Position numbers and translations under genes: made by a program
The notes under the pieces: model-generated
The model's input: the letters and a program-made list of their open reading frames with translations, nothing else
Told to the model about the DNA's origin: nothing
The model's database searches: none
NCBI GenBank assembly: GCA_963675295.2
Contig: CAXXKJ010000001.1
Span: forward strand, 96,001-160,000
Length of the DNA stretch: 64,000 nt
Source: a bacterium
GTDB lineage: Bacteria; Electryoneota; Electryoneia; Electryoneales; Electryoneaceae
Reading direction: 5' to 3'
Part shown: positions 27,398-36,168 of the stretch, piece by piece
How the letters are laid out: the number at the start of each line of letters is the position of its first letter
How positions within the stretch are numbered: position 1 is the stretch's first letter

Positions 27398-29377
27398 CTA
27401 CCTTGTGAACTCCTGCACATACACCATCTGTTCCGAGGAAAGCTTCGTTTCCTCTCGGAGGAGGGTCGGCGTCATCTCATGGCACGTGGTGCAGCGATCC
27501 AGCTCGGGACGGTTCTGCGACAATGCGTTTTTCGTGTGGCACGGGATGCACGTGTTGTGCATCGCGCTATGGTACGAGGTCGCCGCAAACTGCGCCAGCC
27601 TGCCGGCCGCTGGTTCCACCGCGTGCATGTCTTCACGATGGCATTCCATGCACGCCTTCGCGGATGCGACCGAGCGTGCCTGCCCACTGTGGCATTCGAC
27701 ACAGGACTGGTTTTCCGGTATCCAGCCGCCCAGTTGCTTGTCGTCCGCGACCCACGCCAGGTGCTGCTCGTGGTTGAAGATCACCGTTTCCGTCTCCATC
27801 GCACGGTGACACTCGGAACACGGCGTCGCACGGTCGGCGGGCATGGAAAGGTGATGGCAGTTGACGCACGATTCCTCGCCACCCAACCGCTGCTTGTGTG
27901 CGGCGTGGGCGAAGACGGCGTCCAGACCGTCACGGTTGGCGTCGATACGAAGCGTATCCCGCGCCACATCCACCGCCAGCGGCGGACGTGTGTCCGGCGG
28001 AGTGGAACTGTGGAACGGTGGGTACAGCGCGATCCACGCCAGCGGCAATACGAGCAACGCAATCAGCGAGGCACGTTCAAGGCCGGTCATCAGCCGGTGA
28101 TTCCAGGCCCAGGTCAGCCGGTCGAACGAGGAGCTGAATTTCAGCTCGGAATCGGCGAGGCGTTTCCAACGCTCGTCAAACACACTGAAGTTTTCGATGA
28201 TGAAGAAAAACGCCAGCCCGGCCATGGCGAGCACGCCGAACGTAATCACCCACTCAATCGCGGAGGGGAAGTAGGCTTCGCCGGCGTCACGGAAGTAGCC
28301 GAAAATGCCGACATCGACACGGTTCAGCGCCAATCCGAACGCCGCCAGCCCGGCGGTGACCGCCAGGGCGTATGGCGAGCGGCGCACCGGCTTGAACAGC
28401 ACGAGCAGCACCGGCAAAATCGCAGCCGCCAACAGTTCGACGACGTACAGCACGCTCTCCCACGTACCCGCCAGCAATGCCTGCCGTGCTTCCGGACGCA
28501 AGACGAGATCACCGATCTTCAGCAGCAGGTAAACACTCAGCACCCATGCGCCGGCCTTGACCAGCGCCCGCACCACGTGCAGGTCCGGTCCCTCCGGCGT
28601 GGCACCGTTTTCCGATTCTCCGCCGCAGGTCTTGCAGACGACGCCCTCACGAACCATCGTCCCGCCAAACACACGGCTCGGATCGTACCACCACGAGTGC
28701 AGCGTCTTGATCAATGCCAGCAGCATCAGCCCGCCACCAATCGCCGAGATGATGAACAGCAGGGAGATGATCGGGCTGTACCACAATGCGTGCAGCCGCT
28801 GCGGCGTCACCAGGAACAACGATCCCAGCGAGGTGTGGTGCAGGCTGGAGAGGGTGATGCCGATGATGACGAACACGCCCGCCGCCTTGCTCAGCACGCC
28901 GCGCAGTTTCGCCAGCCCCAGCCGCTCGAGCAGCGTCGGGCTGAGTTCGAGGAAGGTGATCACGAAGTAGCAGGAGACACACCAGAAGACCTCGAACAGG
29001 AACGAATGGATGTTCCAGTAGACAAACGGATGCCAGAAACGCCACGGCAGCCCGATGTCAAACAGCAACGCGAACAACGACGCGCCGTAGCCTAAAAACG
29101 CCACCAGGATCGCCGGTTTCACCATCCGGTCGAATGGTTTCAGGTGCAGTACATGGCCGAGGAAGCCGACGGTAAACCCGCAGGTCGCCAACGCCGCGCC
29201 GCCAATCATGTTGAAGATCTTCCACAGTCCCCACGGGACACGGTCATCGAGGTTTGTCGTCACGCCCAGCCCGAACACGAACCGCAGCAGCATCGCCACC
29301 AGTCCGGCAAATGTCAGCGCCCAGAGGATGTCCTTGATCCGTCGCGTCCGGTCGGTTGTCAGTTCCAGCTCACTCAT
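27398..29377 (-). CDS. NrfD/HybB/HmcC-family membrane subunit fused to a multiheme c-type cytochrome
   Basis: TNLDDRVPWGLW, DIGLPWR, SFLFEVFWC, LHHTSLGSL, NRVDVG; C-terminal six CxxCH. Confidence 0.88.
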   Translation of the reverse strand: MSELELTTDRTRRIKDILWALTFAGLVAMLLRFVFGLGVTTNLDDRVPWGLWKIFNMIGGAALATCGFTVGFLGHVLHLKPFDRMVKPAILVAFLGYGASLFALLFDIGLPWRFWHPFVYWNIHSFLFEVFWCVSCYFVITFLELSPTLLERLGLAKLRGVLSKAAGVFVIIGITLSSLHHTSLGSLFLVTPQRLHALWYSPIISLLFIISAIGGGLMLLALIKTLHSWWYDPSRVFGGTMVREGVVCKTCGGESENGATPEGPDLHVVRALVKAGAWVLSVYLLLKIGDLVLRPEARQALLAGTWESVLYVVELLAAAILPVLLVLFKPVRRSPYALAVTAGLAAFGLALNRVDVGIFGYFRDAGEAYFPSAIEWVITFGVLAMAGLAFFFIIENFSVFDERWKRLADSELKFSSSFDRLTWAWNHRLMTGLERASLIALLVLPLAWIALYPPFHSSTPPDTRPPLAVDVARDTLRIDANRDGLDAVFAHAAHKQRLGGEESCVNCHHLSMPADRATPCSECHRAMETETVIFNHEQHLAWVADDKQLGGWIPENQSCVECHSGQARSVASAKACMECHREDMHAVEPAAGRLAQFAATSYHSAMHNTCIPCHTKNALSQNRPELDRCTTCHEMTPTLLREETKLSSEQMVYVQEFTR

Positions 29378-30153
29378 TGTTCGCCACCCCCGTGCCCGTT
29401 GGTTGACGCGTCCGGTCCATGCATCTGCTGCATCCGCCGCCGCACGATCCAGTTCACTCCGGCCACGCTGGCGAGCACGCTACCGCCGACAATCGGCGTC
29501 GCGTGCATCACCGGTTCGACCAGGTGCGGAATCGACCCGGTATCCGGGGAGGGCCAGCCCAGTTCGGCGAGGTCGGTGTTCGCGATGTAGAGCACGCCCG
29601 TACCGCCGAATTCATGCTCGCCCCAGACGTGGTCGATGTACCCGTTCGGATTCTCACCGATCCGCTGGTGCGCGAGACGCAGCAACTTCTCTCGCTCGCC
29701 AAACTCGATCGCGTTCTGCGGGCAGGCCTCCGCGCAGGCCGGGATTTCGCCCTCCGCGAGACGTTCCTCGCACAACTCGCATTTCTTCATGAACGGCACC
29801 GTCGCCGACCACTCGTAGCGCGGTACGTGAAACGGGCACGCCAGCATGCAGTAACGGCAGCCGATGCACTTGTCAGGATCGTAGACCACCGCACCATTTT
29901 CGCTGCGGGTGATGCCGCCAACCAGGCACGCGCTGACGCAACTCGGCTCGAGGCAGTGCATGCACGCCTTCTTCGCGAACTGGTCCCAGCCAACCGGCTG
30001 CACCGTCGTCAACCGGTCCGCTGAAAGCCCGTCCGGGGTGGTCGCACGGTCACGGTCGGCGGCTGCCGGGTCGCAGCCGTTGGCCTTCACGCAGGCCGCG
30101 ACACATTTCTCGCAGCCGACGCATTTCGTCACATCAATCAGCATCCCGATCAT
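29374..30153 (-). CDS. HybA/HmcB-like 4Fe-4S dicluster protein with C-terminal TM helix
   Basis: IDVTKCVGCEKC, CMHCLEPSCVSAC, CIGCRYCMLACPF, CELC...PACAEACP, GEHEFGGT. Confidence 0.9.
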   Translation of the reverse strand: MIGMLIDVTKCVGCEKCVAACVKANGCDPAAADRDRATTPDGLSADRLTTVQPVGWDQFAKKACMHCLEPSCVSACLVGGITRSENGAVVYDPDKCIGCRYCMLACPFHVPRYEWSATVPFMKKCELCEERLAEGEIPACAEACPQNAIEFGEREKLLRLAHQRIGENPNGYIDHVWGEHEFGGTGVLYIANTDLAELGWPSPDTGSIPHLVEPVMHATPIVGGSVLASVAGVNWIVRRRMQQMHGPDASTNGHGGGEQ

Positions 30154-30854
30154 ACCTTCGCCTCCTTGCCGAGCACCGTCTCCGCGACACGATCGCCCGC
30201 GCCCGGACGCAACTGCCAGTGAATCTCCGAGATGCGGTCAAAGAAGATCAGCACGATGTGGCTCAGCTTGGTGAACGGCACCAGGATCAACAACGCTTCC
30301 GCGCTGAGCAGGTGGATGAGGAACATCGTCTGCCACGGCAATGGATTAAACGCCGGATGCGCCGCGAGGAAGCCGCTGATGAACGGCAGCAGGATCAACA
30401 CCAGCAGGCTGACGTCCGAATTGCGGCTGATCGCACGCAGGCGTGGCACCGCGATCCGGCTGACCAACAGCACCAGCACCGCAAGGATCGTGATCACGGT
30501 GAGCACATCCGCAAATCCGTTCCCGATCGACCACAGGTTGATCCCGAGCCACTGTTCCCAGAGCACGATGTGGCCGGCGTAAAACAGCGGCACGAGGATC
30601 GCACCGATGTGGAACACGAATGATGCGTTGGAGAAAGTCACGTTGCCCGATGTCAGGTGACGGACCGGCAGCGCCCACTCCAGCGAGTCGTGCAGCATCT
30701 TGTTCCACGGCATGTATTTGAGCCGGCTGCGTTTGCGCCGGAACAACGTGTCCAGTTGCAGCACCAGGTGCCGCAGCAGCCCGAGTGCCATCACGCCCAG
30801 CGACAAGGCGAACAACGGCCCCATCGCGAAATCGATCCAGGCTTGCATTCCCAT
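30150..30854 (-). CDS. NarI/DsrM/HmcE-like membrane cytochrome b
   Basis: About 5-6 TM helices; FHIG...GH and HLLS...PFTKLSH heme-ligand pattern. Confidence 0.85.
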   Translation of the reverse strand: MGMQAWIDFAMGPLFALSLGVMALGLLRHLVLQLDTLFRRKRSRLKYMPWNKMLHDSLEWALPVRHLTSGNVTFSNASFVFHIGAILVPLFYAGHIVLWEQWLGINLWSIGNGFADVLTVITILAVLVLLVSRIAVPRLRAISRNSDVSLLVLILLPFISGFLAAHPAFNPLPWQTMFLIHLLSAEALLILVPFTKLSHIVLIFFDRISEIHWQLRPGAGDRVAETVLGKEAKV

Positions 30855-30861
30855 CCTCCAC

Positions 30862-32304
30862 TCACATGGCGTACAGTTCCGCCTCTTCCTTGCGTTCCTC
30901 CGCCGACTTGCCGCCGGGGATCTCGATCGCCTTCAGGATCAGGTCGTGCAGGCCCATCACCTCGCACGGGATCTCGTAAAACTCGACCAGTTCCTTGAGC
31001 TGCTTCTTGCAATTGGCGCAAGGGGCGATGCAGATCTGCGCGCCGGTCGCGACGATCTGGTCGGCCTTTGTCTTGCCGCCGACCTTCATCCGGAAGTCGT
31101 GGATCTCGTCAATCGACACCAGCCCGCCACCACCGCCACAGCAGTAATTGTTGCGGCCTCCCGGTGTCATCTCGACATAGTCCTTGACGAACGACTTGAG
31201 GATTTCGCGGGGCTGGTTCACAATCCAGCCGCCACGCGCCATGTTGCACGGGTCGTGGTAGGTCACTTTCTCGGTGATGATGTCCGGGTTCAGCTTGATC
31301 TTGCCCCGGCGCAAACAATCCAGCGTGTATTCGATGAAGCTGACTACCGGACGGGTCTGTGCACCGCCGAAGACTGGCACGAAATCATGCGCCGACCGCG
31401 AGGCGTGCCCGCATTCGCCGATCAGGATGTTCTTCCCGTTCAATCGGTCGACTTCACCGACGAGCTGCTTGATGATCCGTTCGAGATGCCAGTCGCTGTA
31501 GAACAGGCCGTAGTTGATGCCGTCGAAATTGCCGGTGCCGATGGTCCAGCGATCCCAGTCGCCGGCGGCGTGCAACACCGCGAGGTTGCCGAGCAACGTG
31601 TCCGGCTCCATCAGGTAGTCGCTGACCGCGCAGAAGAAGACGTAATCCCGGTTCTTCTTGTCCACCGGCACGTCCAGATCGATGCCGAACTGGTCGGAGA
31701 ATTCCTCTTGCAGGAATTCGAGCGTGTGCAGCATCGCCGTCGCCGGAACCTTGGACGTGTTGTGCGTTTCACCTTCCAATTGTTCCCGCACACTTACTTG
31801 CAGCGCCTTCGGTGCAATCCCCGTGAGGCTCAGGATATAGCGTCCGAGACGAGTGATCAGGCCGTGATCCATCCCCATTGGACATTCGAGTGTGCAACGG
31901 CGGCAGGCGGTGCAACGGTAGAACACCTCCGCCATCTCCGCGATGACCTCTTCCGTCAGCTCGAACCGGTTCGGCGTGAACCGTGCATTGAGCCATCCGC
32001 CGAGCGTGAAGTACCGCTGGTAAATCGAAAGCAGCAGCGTCGTCTTGTAGCACGGCACATCGCGCGGGTCGCCGGTCACCTGGTACACCGGACAAGTCAC
32101 CGAACAGCGGTTGCACTTGTTCGTCGTGCGGCAGTACGAATCGAGCAGCGGCTTGTAGTCCGTGTGCTCGAGCACCGCCGCGAACGCATCGAGGAAACGT
32201 TCCACCCTTCCCCCCGAACCGTTGCCCTCGATGTGGTACGGCAGGCGGGCTTTCAGGTCGATCTCGGCTGACGTAGCCAGGCCGCCGTTCGTTGTTTCAG
32301 CCAT
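30862..32304 (-). CDS. DsrK/HmcF/HdrD-like Fe-S oxidoreductase (CCG domain)
   Basis: CNRCSVTCP, CTACRRCTLECP, GECGH, YHDPC, CCGGGGG, PCANC; start 32304 or 32316. Confidence 0.9.
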   Translation of the reverse strand: MAETTNGGLATSAEIDLKARLPYHIEGNGSGGRVERFLDAFAAVLEHTDYKPLLDSYCRTTNKCNRCSVTCPVYQVTGDPRDVPCYKTTLLLSIYQRYFTLGGWLNARFTPNRFELTEEVIAEMAEVFYRCTACRRCTLECPMGMDHGLITRLGRYILSLTGIAPKALQVSVREQLEGETHNTSKVPATAMLHTLEFLQEEFSDQFGIDLDVPVDKKNRDYVFFCAVSDYLMEPDTLLGNLAVLHAAGDWDRWTIGTGNFDGINYGLFYSDWHLERIIKQLVGEVDRLNGKNILIGECGHASRSAHDFVPVFGGAQTRPVVSFIEYTLDCLRRGKIKLNPDIITEKVTYHDPCNMARGGWIVNQPREILKSFVKDYVEMTPGGRNNYCCGGGGGLVSIDEIHDFRMKVGGKTKADQIVATGAQICIAPCANCKKQLKELVEFYEIPCEVMGLHDLILKAIEIPGGKSAEERKEEAELYAM

Positions 32305-32346
32305 GCAGAACTCCATTGGGTTGCAGTGTTGTCGCTGCCGGTGTCA

Positions 32347-32361
32347 GCAAAGGGCGGGCCG
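32347..32361 (-). promoter_or_regulatory. Sigma54 -24/-12 promoter of the Hmc-like operon
   Basis: Minus strand CGGCCCGCCCTTTGC = GG-N10-GC. Confidence 0.6.
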
Positions 32362-32508
32362 AACAAGAAGAGGCGGGCAAATCCGGCTGGAAAACGAGGC
32401 CGCTGTAACTCGTGTCACCGCTGCGAATTCACCAGCGGGGAGAGGCCGAGGTACCTGCGCCGCACGTGGTACGATTTCGCATTCCTGATTTTCCGTTTTT
32501 GCGCGAAA

Positions 32509-32577
32509 AGTGTTGCAGGCGTTGCAGCGAAACGTTGTGTTGCAACGACTCCTGCTACAGCTGCGACACTTGCAACT
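32509..32577. promoter_or_regulatory. Cluster of TGTTGCA-like half-sites (candidate shared enhancer)
   Basis: Half-sites at 32511, 32520, 32538 (+) and 32541, 32553, 32562, 32571 (-); 19-bp imperfect IR 32509-32527/32552-32570. Confidence 0.6.
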
Positions 32578-32719
32578 CACGACCCGGGCACCTGACCGGA
32601 GACCGTCTTACACACGACGGAAGATTCACGTAACTCCCGTGCCTCAACCGCTCCGCGTGATTTCGTCCTGCTCATTCCGTCATCAAGGGGGGTACCGTTA
32701 CGCGACGCTGATCCCTATC

Positions 32720-32734
32720 CGGCACAACGCTTGC
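32720..32734 (+). promoter_or_regulatory. Sigma54 -24/-12 promoter
   Basis: CGGCACAACGCTTGC, close to the TGGCAC-N5-TTGC consensus. Confidence 0.78.
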
Positions 32735-32764
32735 CGTTTGCTGCGATGAAACCGGAGGCGATCC

Positions 32765-33817
32765 ATGCGTATTTGTGTACCCCTGTTTGGCGATCGAGTG
32801 GCACCGCGTTGCACACACGCGGATAGCGTGCTGCTCTGTACGCTGAAACGCGGACGCATCGTTGAACAGGAACGGATCCGGCGCAGCATCGACAGCCTGC
32901 TCGACCTCGAGGATGTTCTCCGCAACCGCAAGGTCGACACGCTGGTCTGTGGCGGCATCAACCAGCATGACCGCTCCACCGTCGATCCACTGCTGGAAGC
33001 GGTGGTGTCGAACGTCGCGGGCACGGTTGAGGACGTATTGCTCGGGGTGTCGTCCGGTCGGATCGGTCTGGACGAGGCGAACGGTGCAACGCCGGAGACA
33101 GCAACGGTTGCAACACCGGCGAAACCGCAGCCCAAGCCCGCAGCTGGGAATCCGTCGATGACCGACTGCCTCACCTGCGACACCATGACGTGCCTCGAGG
33201 GCAAGGGATGTGTGCTGCAGGCGTCCGGCATTCTGCTCGGTGACCGCGACGACCGCATCATGCTCGAGGTCGCGCGCGATTTGAACTGCGAGGACGAACG
33301 ACGCCTCTGCAGGCTGTCCGAGCTGATCTACTTCGGCCTCGAGATGGGCTACCGCACCGTCGGCATCGCCTACTGTAGCGATTTGTACCAGCCGGCGCGG
33401 GTGCTGGCGGGCGTGTTCAAGCGTTTCTTCGAGGTGCATGCCGTCTGTTGCAAGCTGCACGTCCCGAGCAACGGCCACACGTTCAACGCCGACATGCCGG
33501 ACCCGTCCACCCGCTGCAACCCTCTCGCACAGGCTGAATTGCTGAACAAACTGGGCACCGACATGAATGTGATCGTCGGACTCTGCGTTGGCGCGGACTG
33601 CGTCTTCACCCACGCCAGCGACGCTCCGGTGACCACCCTGTTCGCCAAGGATCGCGCGCTCGCGAACAACCCCATCGGCGCGGTCTATTCGGAACGATAT
33701 CTGCGCGAAGCGGCACAAACCCTGGCCGCCCCAAAAACCGATATCCGCAACCACCAGATAAGCGTCGAGCGTGAATCCATGGAACACGCCGGCGACACAG
33801 GAAGGGCAGACTCATGA
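32765..33817 (+). CDS. NifB/NifX domain fused to a DUF1847-like Cys-rich domain
   Basis: MRICVPLFGDRVAPRC...LVCGGI, then CRLSELI, GIAYC, CCK, CNPLAQA, VGLCVGAD, KDRALANNP. Confidence 0.82.
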   Translation: MRICVPLFGDRVAPRCTHADSVLLCTLKRGRIVEQERIRRSIDSLLDLEDVLRNRKVDTLVCGGINQHDRSTVDPLLEAVVSNVAGTVEDVLLGVSSGRIGLDEANGATPETATVATPAKPQPKPAAGNPSMTDCLTCDTMTCLEGKGCVLQASGILLGDRDDRIMLEVARDLNCEDERRLCRLSELIYFGLEMGYRTVGIAYCSDLYQPARVLAGVFKRFFEVHAVCCKLHVPSNGHTFNADMPDPSTRCNPLAQAELLNKLGTDMNVIVGLCVGADCVFTHASDAPVTTLFAKDRALANNPIGAVYSERYLREAAQTLAAPKTDIRNHQISVERESMEHAGDTGRADS

Positions 33818-34371
33818 CGATGGTGTCGATGAAGTCCATCGGGCTATGCGCCAACTATTCGGAAGCGGGAGACTGGGCGTTCGACTTCGCCCTCGGGCTC
33901 GCACGCAAGCACAACCTGCAGCTGAACATCTTCCACTTTCTCGCGGACCCGTTCGACCCCTCCGCCGATTCCCCGATGGCGATGCCGAAGGATCAACGGG
34001 ACGCGATGTCGATCGAGATGGAACGCAATCTGCGCTTCTACTACGACGAACGTCTCGGCGATCACCTTAAGGCCGGATTCCGCGTCTGCGAAAGCAATGA
34101 GTGGACCGAGCTGCATCACTGCCTGATGCGCCGTGAATTTGAGCTGCTGGTGCTGCCGTACCCAAAGCGGAACGCCACCTTCGGCGGCAAGCCAATTGAA
34201 GATTTCGCGAAGAATTTCGTGTCGCCGGTGGCACTGGTCGGACCGGACACTCCCGACCAGATCCGGCTGAACAACCAGGCCGGCCTGGCGAACAAAATCG
34301 CCGATTTCGTCGGCGCGCAAGAGATCCTGGCGACGGCGCTTGCGCTGATCATGATGGCAGGCAGCATTTGA
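33814..34371 (+). CDS. Universal-stress-protein-like protein
   Basis: KSIGLCANYS...AFDFALGLARK...LNIFH USP-type N-terminus. Confidence 0.65.
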   Translation: MTMVSMKSIGLCANYSEAGDWAFDFALGLARKHNLQLNIFHFLADPFDPSADSPMAMPKDQRDAMSIEMERNLRFYYDERLGDHLKAGFRVCESNEWTELHHCLMRREFELLVLPYPKRNATFGGKPIEDFAKNFVSPVALVGPDTPDQIRLNNQAGLANKIADFVGAQEILATALALIMMAGSI

Positions 34372-34494
34372 CCTGGATTTCAGATTACAAGGGGAGATCG
34401 GTGCCTTTTCCGGCAATTTCATTCGTACATTTAGGATACACTATCTCCTCCTGATCTTTTGTGACGGAAGTGCCCCCCGAAACACGATGGCGAG

Positions 34495-35802
34495 ATGGAC
34501 GAAAGCCTCAGCAAAATCATTTTCGAAAGCATCCGTGACGGCGTGTTCACGGTCAACAAGCACTGCATCATCACCTCGTTCAACAAGGCTGCCGAAAGCA
34601 TCACCGGCTTCAGCAGCGACGAGGCGATTGGCCGTCATTGTTTCGACGTTTTCCGCACCGAAGTGTGCCACAAGCGCTGCGCGCTGAAGGACACACTGAA
34701 GAGCCAGGAAGCGGTCGAAAATGTGCGCGTCACGATCATCACCAAGGACGGCTGCGAGGTTCCGATCACCGTCTCGACCACCCTGCTGCGCGACCGCAAA
34801 GAAAACGTGATCGGTGCGGTGGAGTTCTTCCAGGACCTGTCCACGATCGAAAACCTGCGCAATCGCGTCCATCATGCCACCACGCTGGACAATATCGTCA
34901 GTGTCAACGCACGCATGCAGGAATTGATCCACCTGCTGCCGGACGTTGCCACCGCCGAATGCAACGTGCTGATCGAAGGCCCGAGCGGGTCCGGCAAGGA
35001 GCTGTTCGCGCAGGCGATCCATTCGCTCAGCCCACGTAAGTACGGATCGTACATCCGCATCAACTGCGGTGCGCTGCCTGCAACGTTGCTCGAATCCGAA
35101 CTGTTCGGCTACGAAAAAGGCGCGTTCACCGACGCCAAGCGCGACAAGCCGGGCATGTTCTGCCTCGCCAACGGCGGCACGCTGCTGCTCGATGAAATCG
35201 GTGAAATGGACGTGCAGCTGCAATCCAAGCTGCTGCGCGTGCTGAACAACGGCGAGTATCGTCCGCTCGGTTCCACCCGCACCATGCGCACCGACGCCCG
35301 CATCATCGCCTCAACCAACATCGACCTGCAGGCAGCCATCGAACGGCGTGAGTTCCGCCAGGATCTCTACTTCCGTCTGAATGTCGTCAACATCCACATT
35401 CCGCCGCTGTCCGACCGTCCCGAGGACATTCCGCTGCTGGTCGACTACTTCATCCGCAAGGTGAAGAAAAAGATCCGCAAGCCGATCGAATCGGTGTCGC
35501 CCGACGTTTTGGCGCAACTGCGGCGCTACGACTTCCCCGGTAACGTTCGCGAACTGGAAAACGCGATCGAACACGCGTTCGTGATGTGCCACGGCAGCGT
35601 GATCCAACCGAACCATCTGCCCGGCCACATCATGAATAACGTCAACGCCGACATCACCCGCCATCCGCACCCGAGGCACGAGAAGGACGAGATCGTCGAA
35701 GCGCTCAGCCGTCACCACGGCAACCGTACCCAGGCCGCACGCGACCTCGGCATGCACCGTACCACGCTGTGGCGCAAGCTCGTCGCCTACCACCTCGACT
35801 GA
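34495..35802 (+). CDS. Sigma54-dependent activator, PAS-AAA+-Fis HTH (second OrpR-like paralog)
   Basis: PAS with C-x8-C-x3-C; [33 protein letters not shown]. Confidence 0.93.
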   Translation: MDESLSKIIFESIRDGVFTVNKHCIITSFNKAAESITGFSSDEAIGRHCFDVFRTEVCHKRCALKDTLKSQEAVENVRVTIITKDGCEVPITVSTTLLRDRKENVIGAVEFFQDLSTIENLRNRVHHATTLDNIVSVNARMQELIHLLPDVATAECNVLIEGPSGSGKELFAQAIHSLSPRKYGSYIRINCGALPATLLESELFGYEKGAFTDAKRDKPGMFCLANGGTLLLDEIGEMDVQLQSKLLRVLNNGEYRPLGSTRTMRTDARIIASTNIDLQAAIERREFRQDLYFRLNVVNIHIPPLSDRPEDIPLLVDYFIRKVKKKIRKPIESVSPDVLAQLRRYDFPGNVRELENAIEHAFVMCHGSVIQPNHLPGHIMNNVNADITRHPHPRHEKDEIVEALSRHHGNRTQAARDLGMHRTTLWRKLVAYHLD

Positions 35803-35906
35803 CAACGCTCCAGACAGTAGCAGTCGATGACATCCTGCAACCGCCTGCCATTCGAGGCGGAGACGCCCCGGTCTCTCGAGAAATTCGACTCTCTTCAGCT
35901 GAACCC

Positions 35907-35955
35907 TTGACAAGCACCATCGTTCAGAGTACTTTGTTCGGTGTTCGTACAAAGT
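35907..35955 (+). promoter_or_regulatory. Sigma70 promoter overlapped by ROK-type operator 1
   Basis: TTGACA-N17-TACTTT; operator ACTTTGT-N11-ACAAAGT at 35931-35955. Confidence 0.85.
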
Positions 35956-36018
35956 GAGCGGAAAGACCTTGCCGGGTTGTCGGCGGACCCCGGCGGGCTT
36001 ACGCTCAACATTTTGTTC

Positions 36019-36043
36019 TCTTTGTACGGGTAACAAACAAAGT
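36019..36043. promoter_or_regulatory. ROK-type operator 2
   Basis: TCTTTGT-N11-ACAAAGT. Confidence 0.75.
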
Positions 36044-36168
36044 GGCGCGGCAACCCGGCGGAGACGTCAACTCAACGGGATCAGATGGTTGCCGGATAAA
36101 CGCAATGATGCAGCCAGGAAAACTTTAGATACGCTGATCAAAGTACGTTTACGAAGGAGAGATGCGTC

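Noticed and set aside
30150-32304. Evidence of dissimilatory sulfate reduction (dsrMK)
   Set aside because: No dsrAB, dsrC or dsrJ in the window; DsrMK-like pairs also occur in non-sulfate-reducers
32344-32580. 78-aa Cys-rich ORF as a metal-binding peptide or RiPP precursor
   Set aside because: The Cys codons come from the TGCA enhancer-like repeats, and the ORF overlaps the predicted sigma54 promoter
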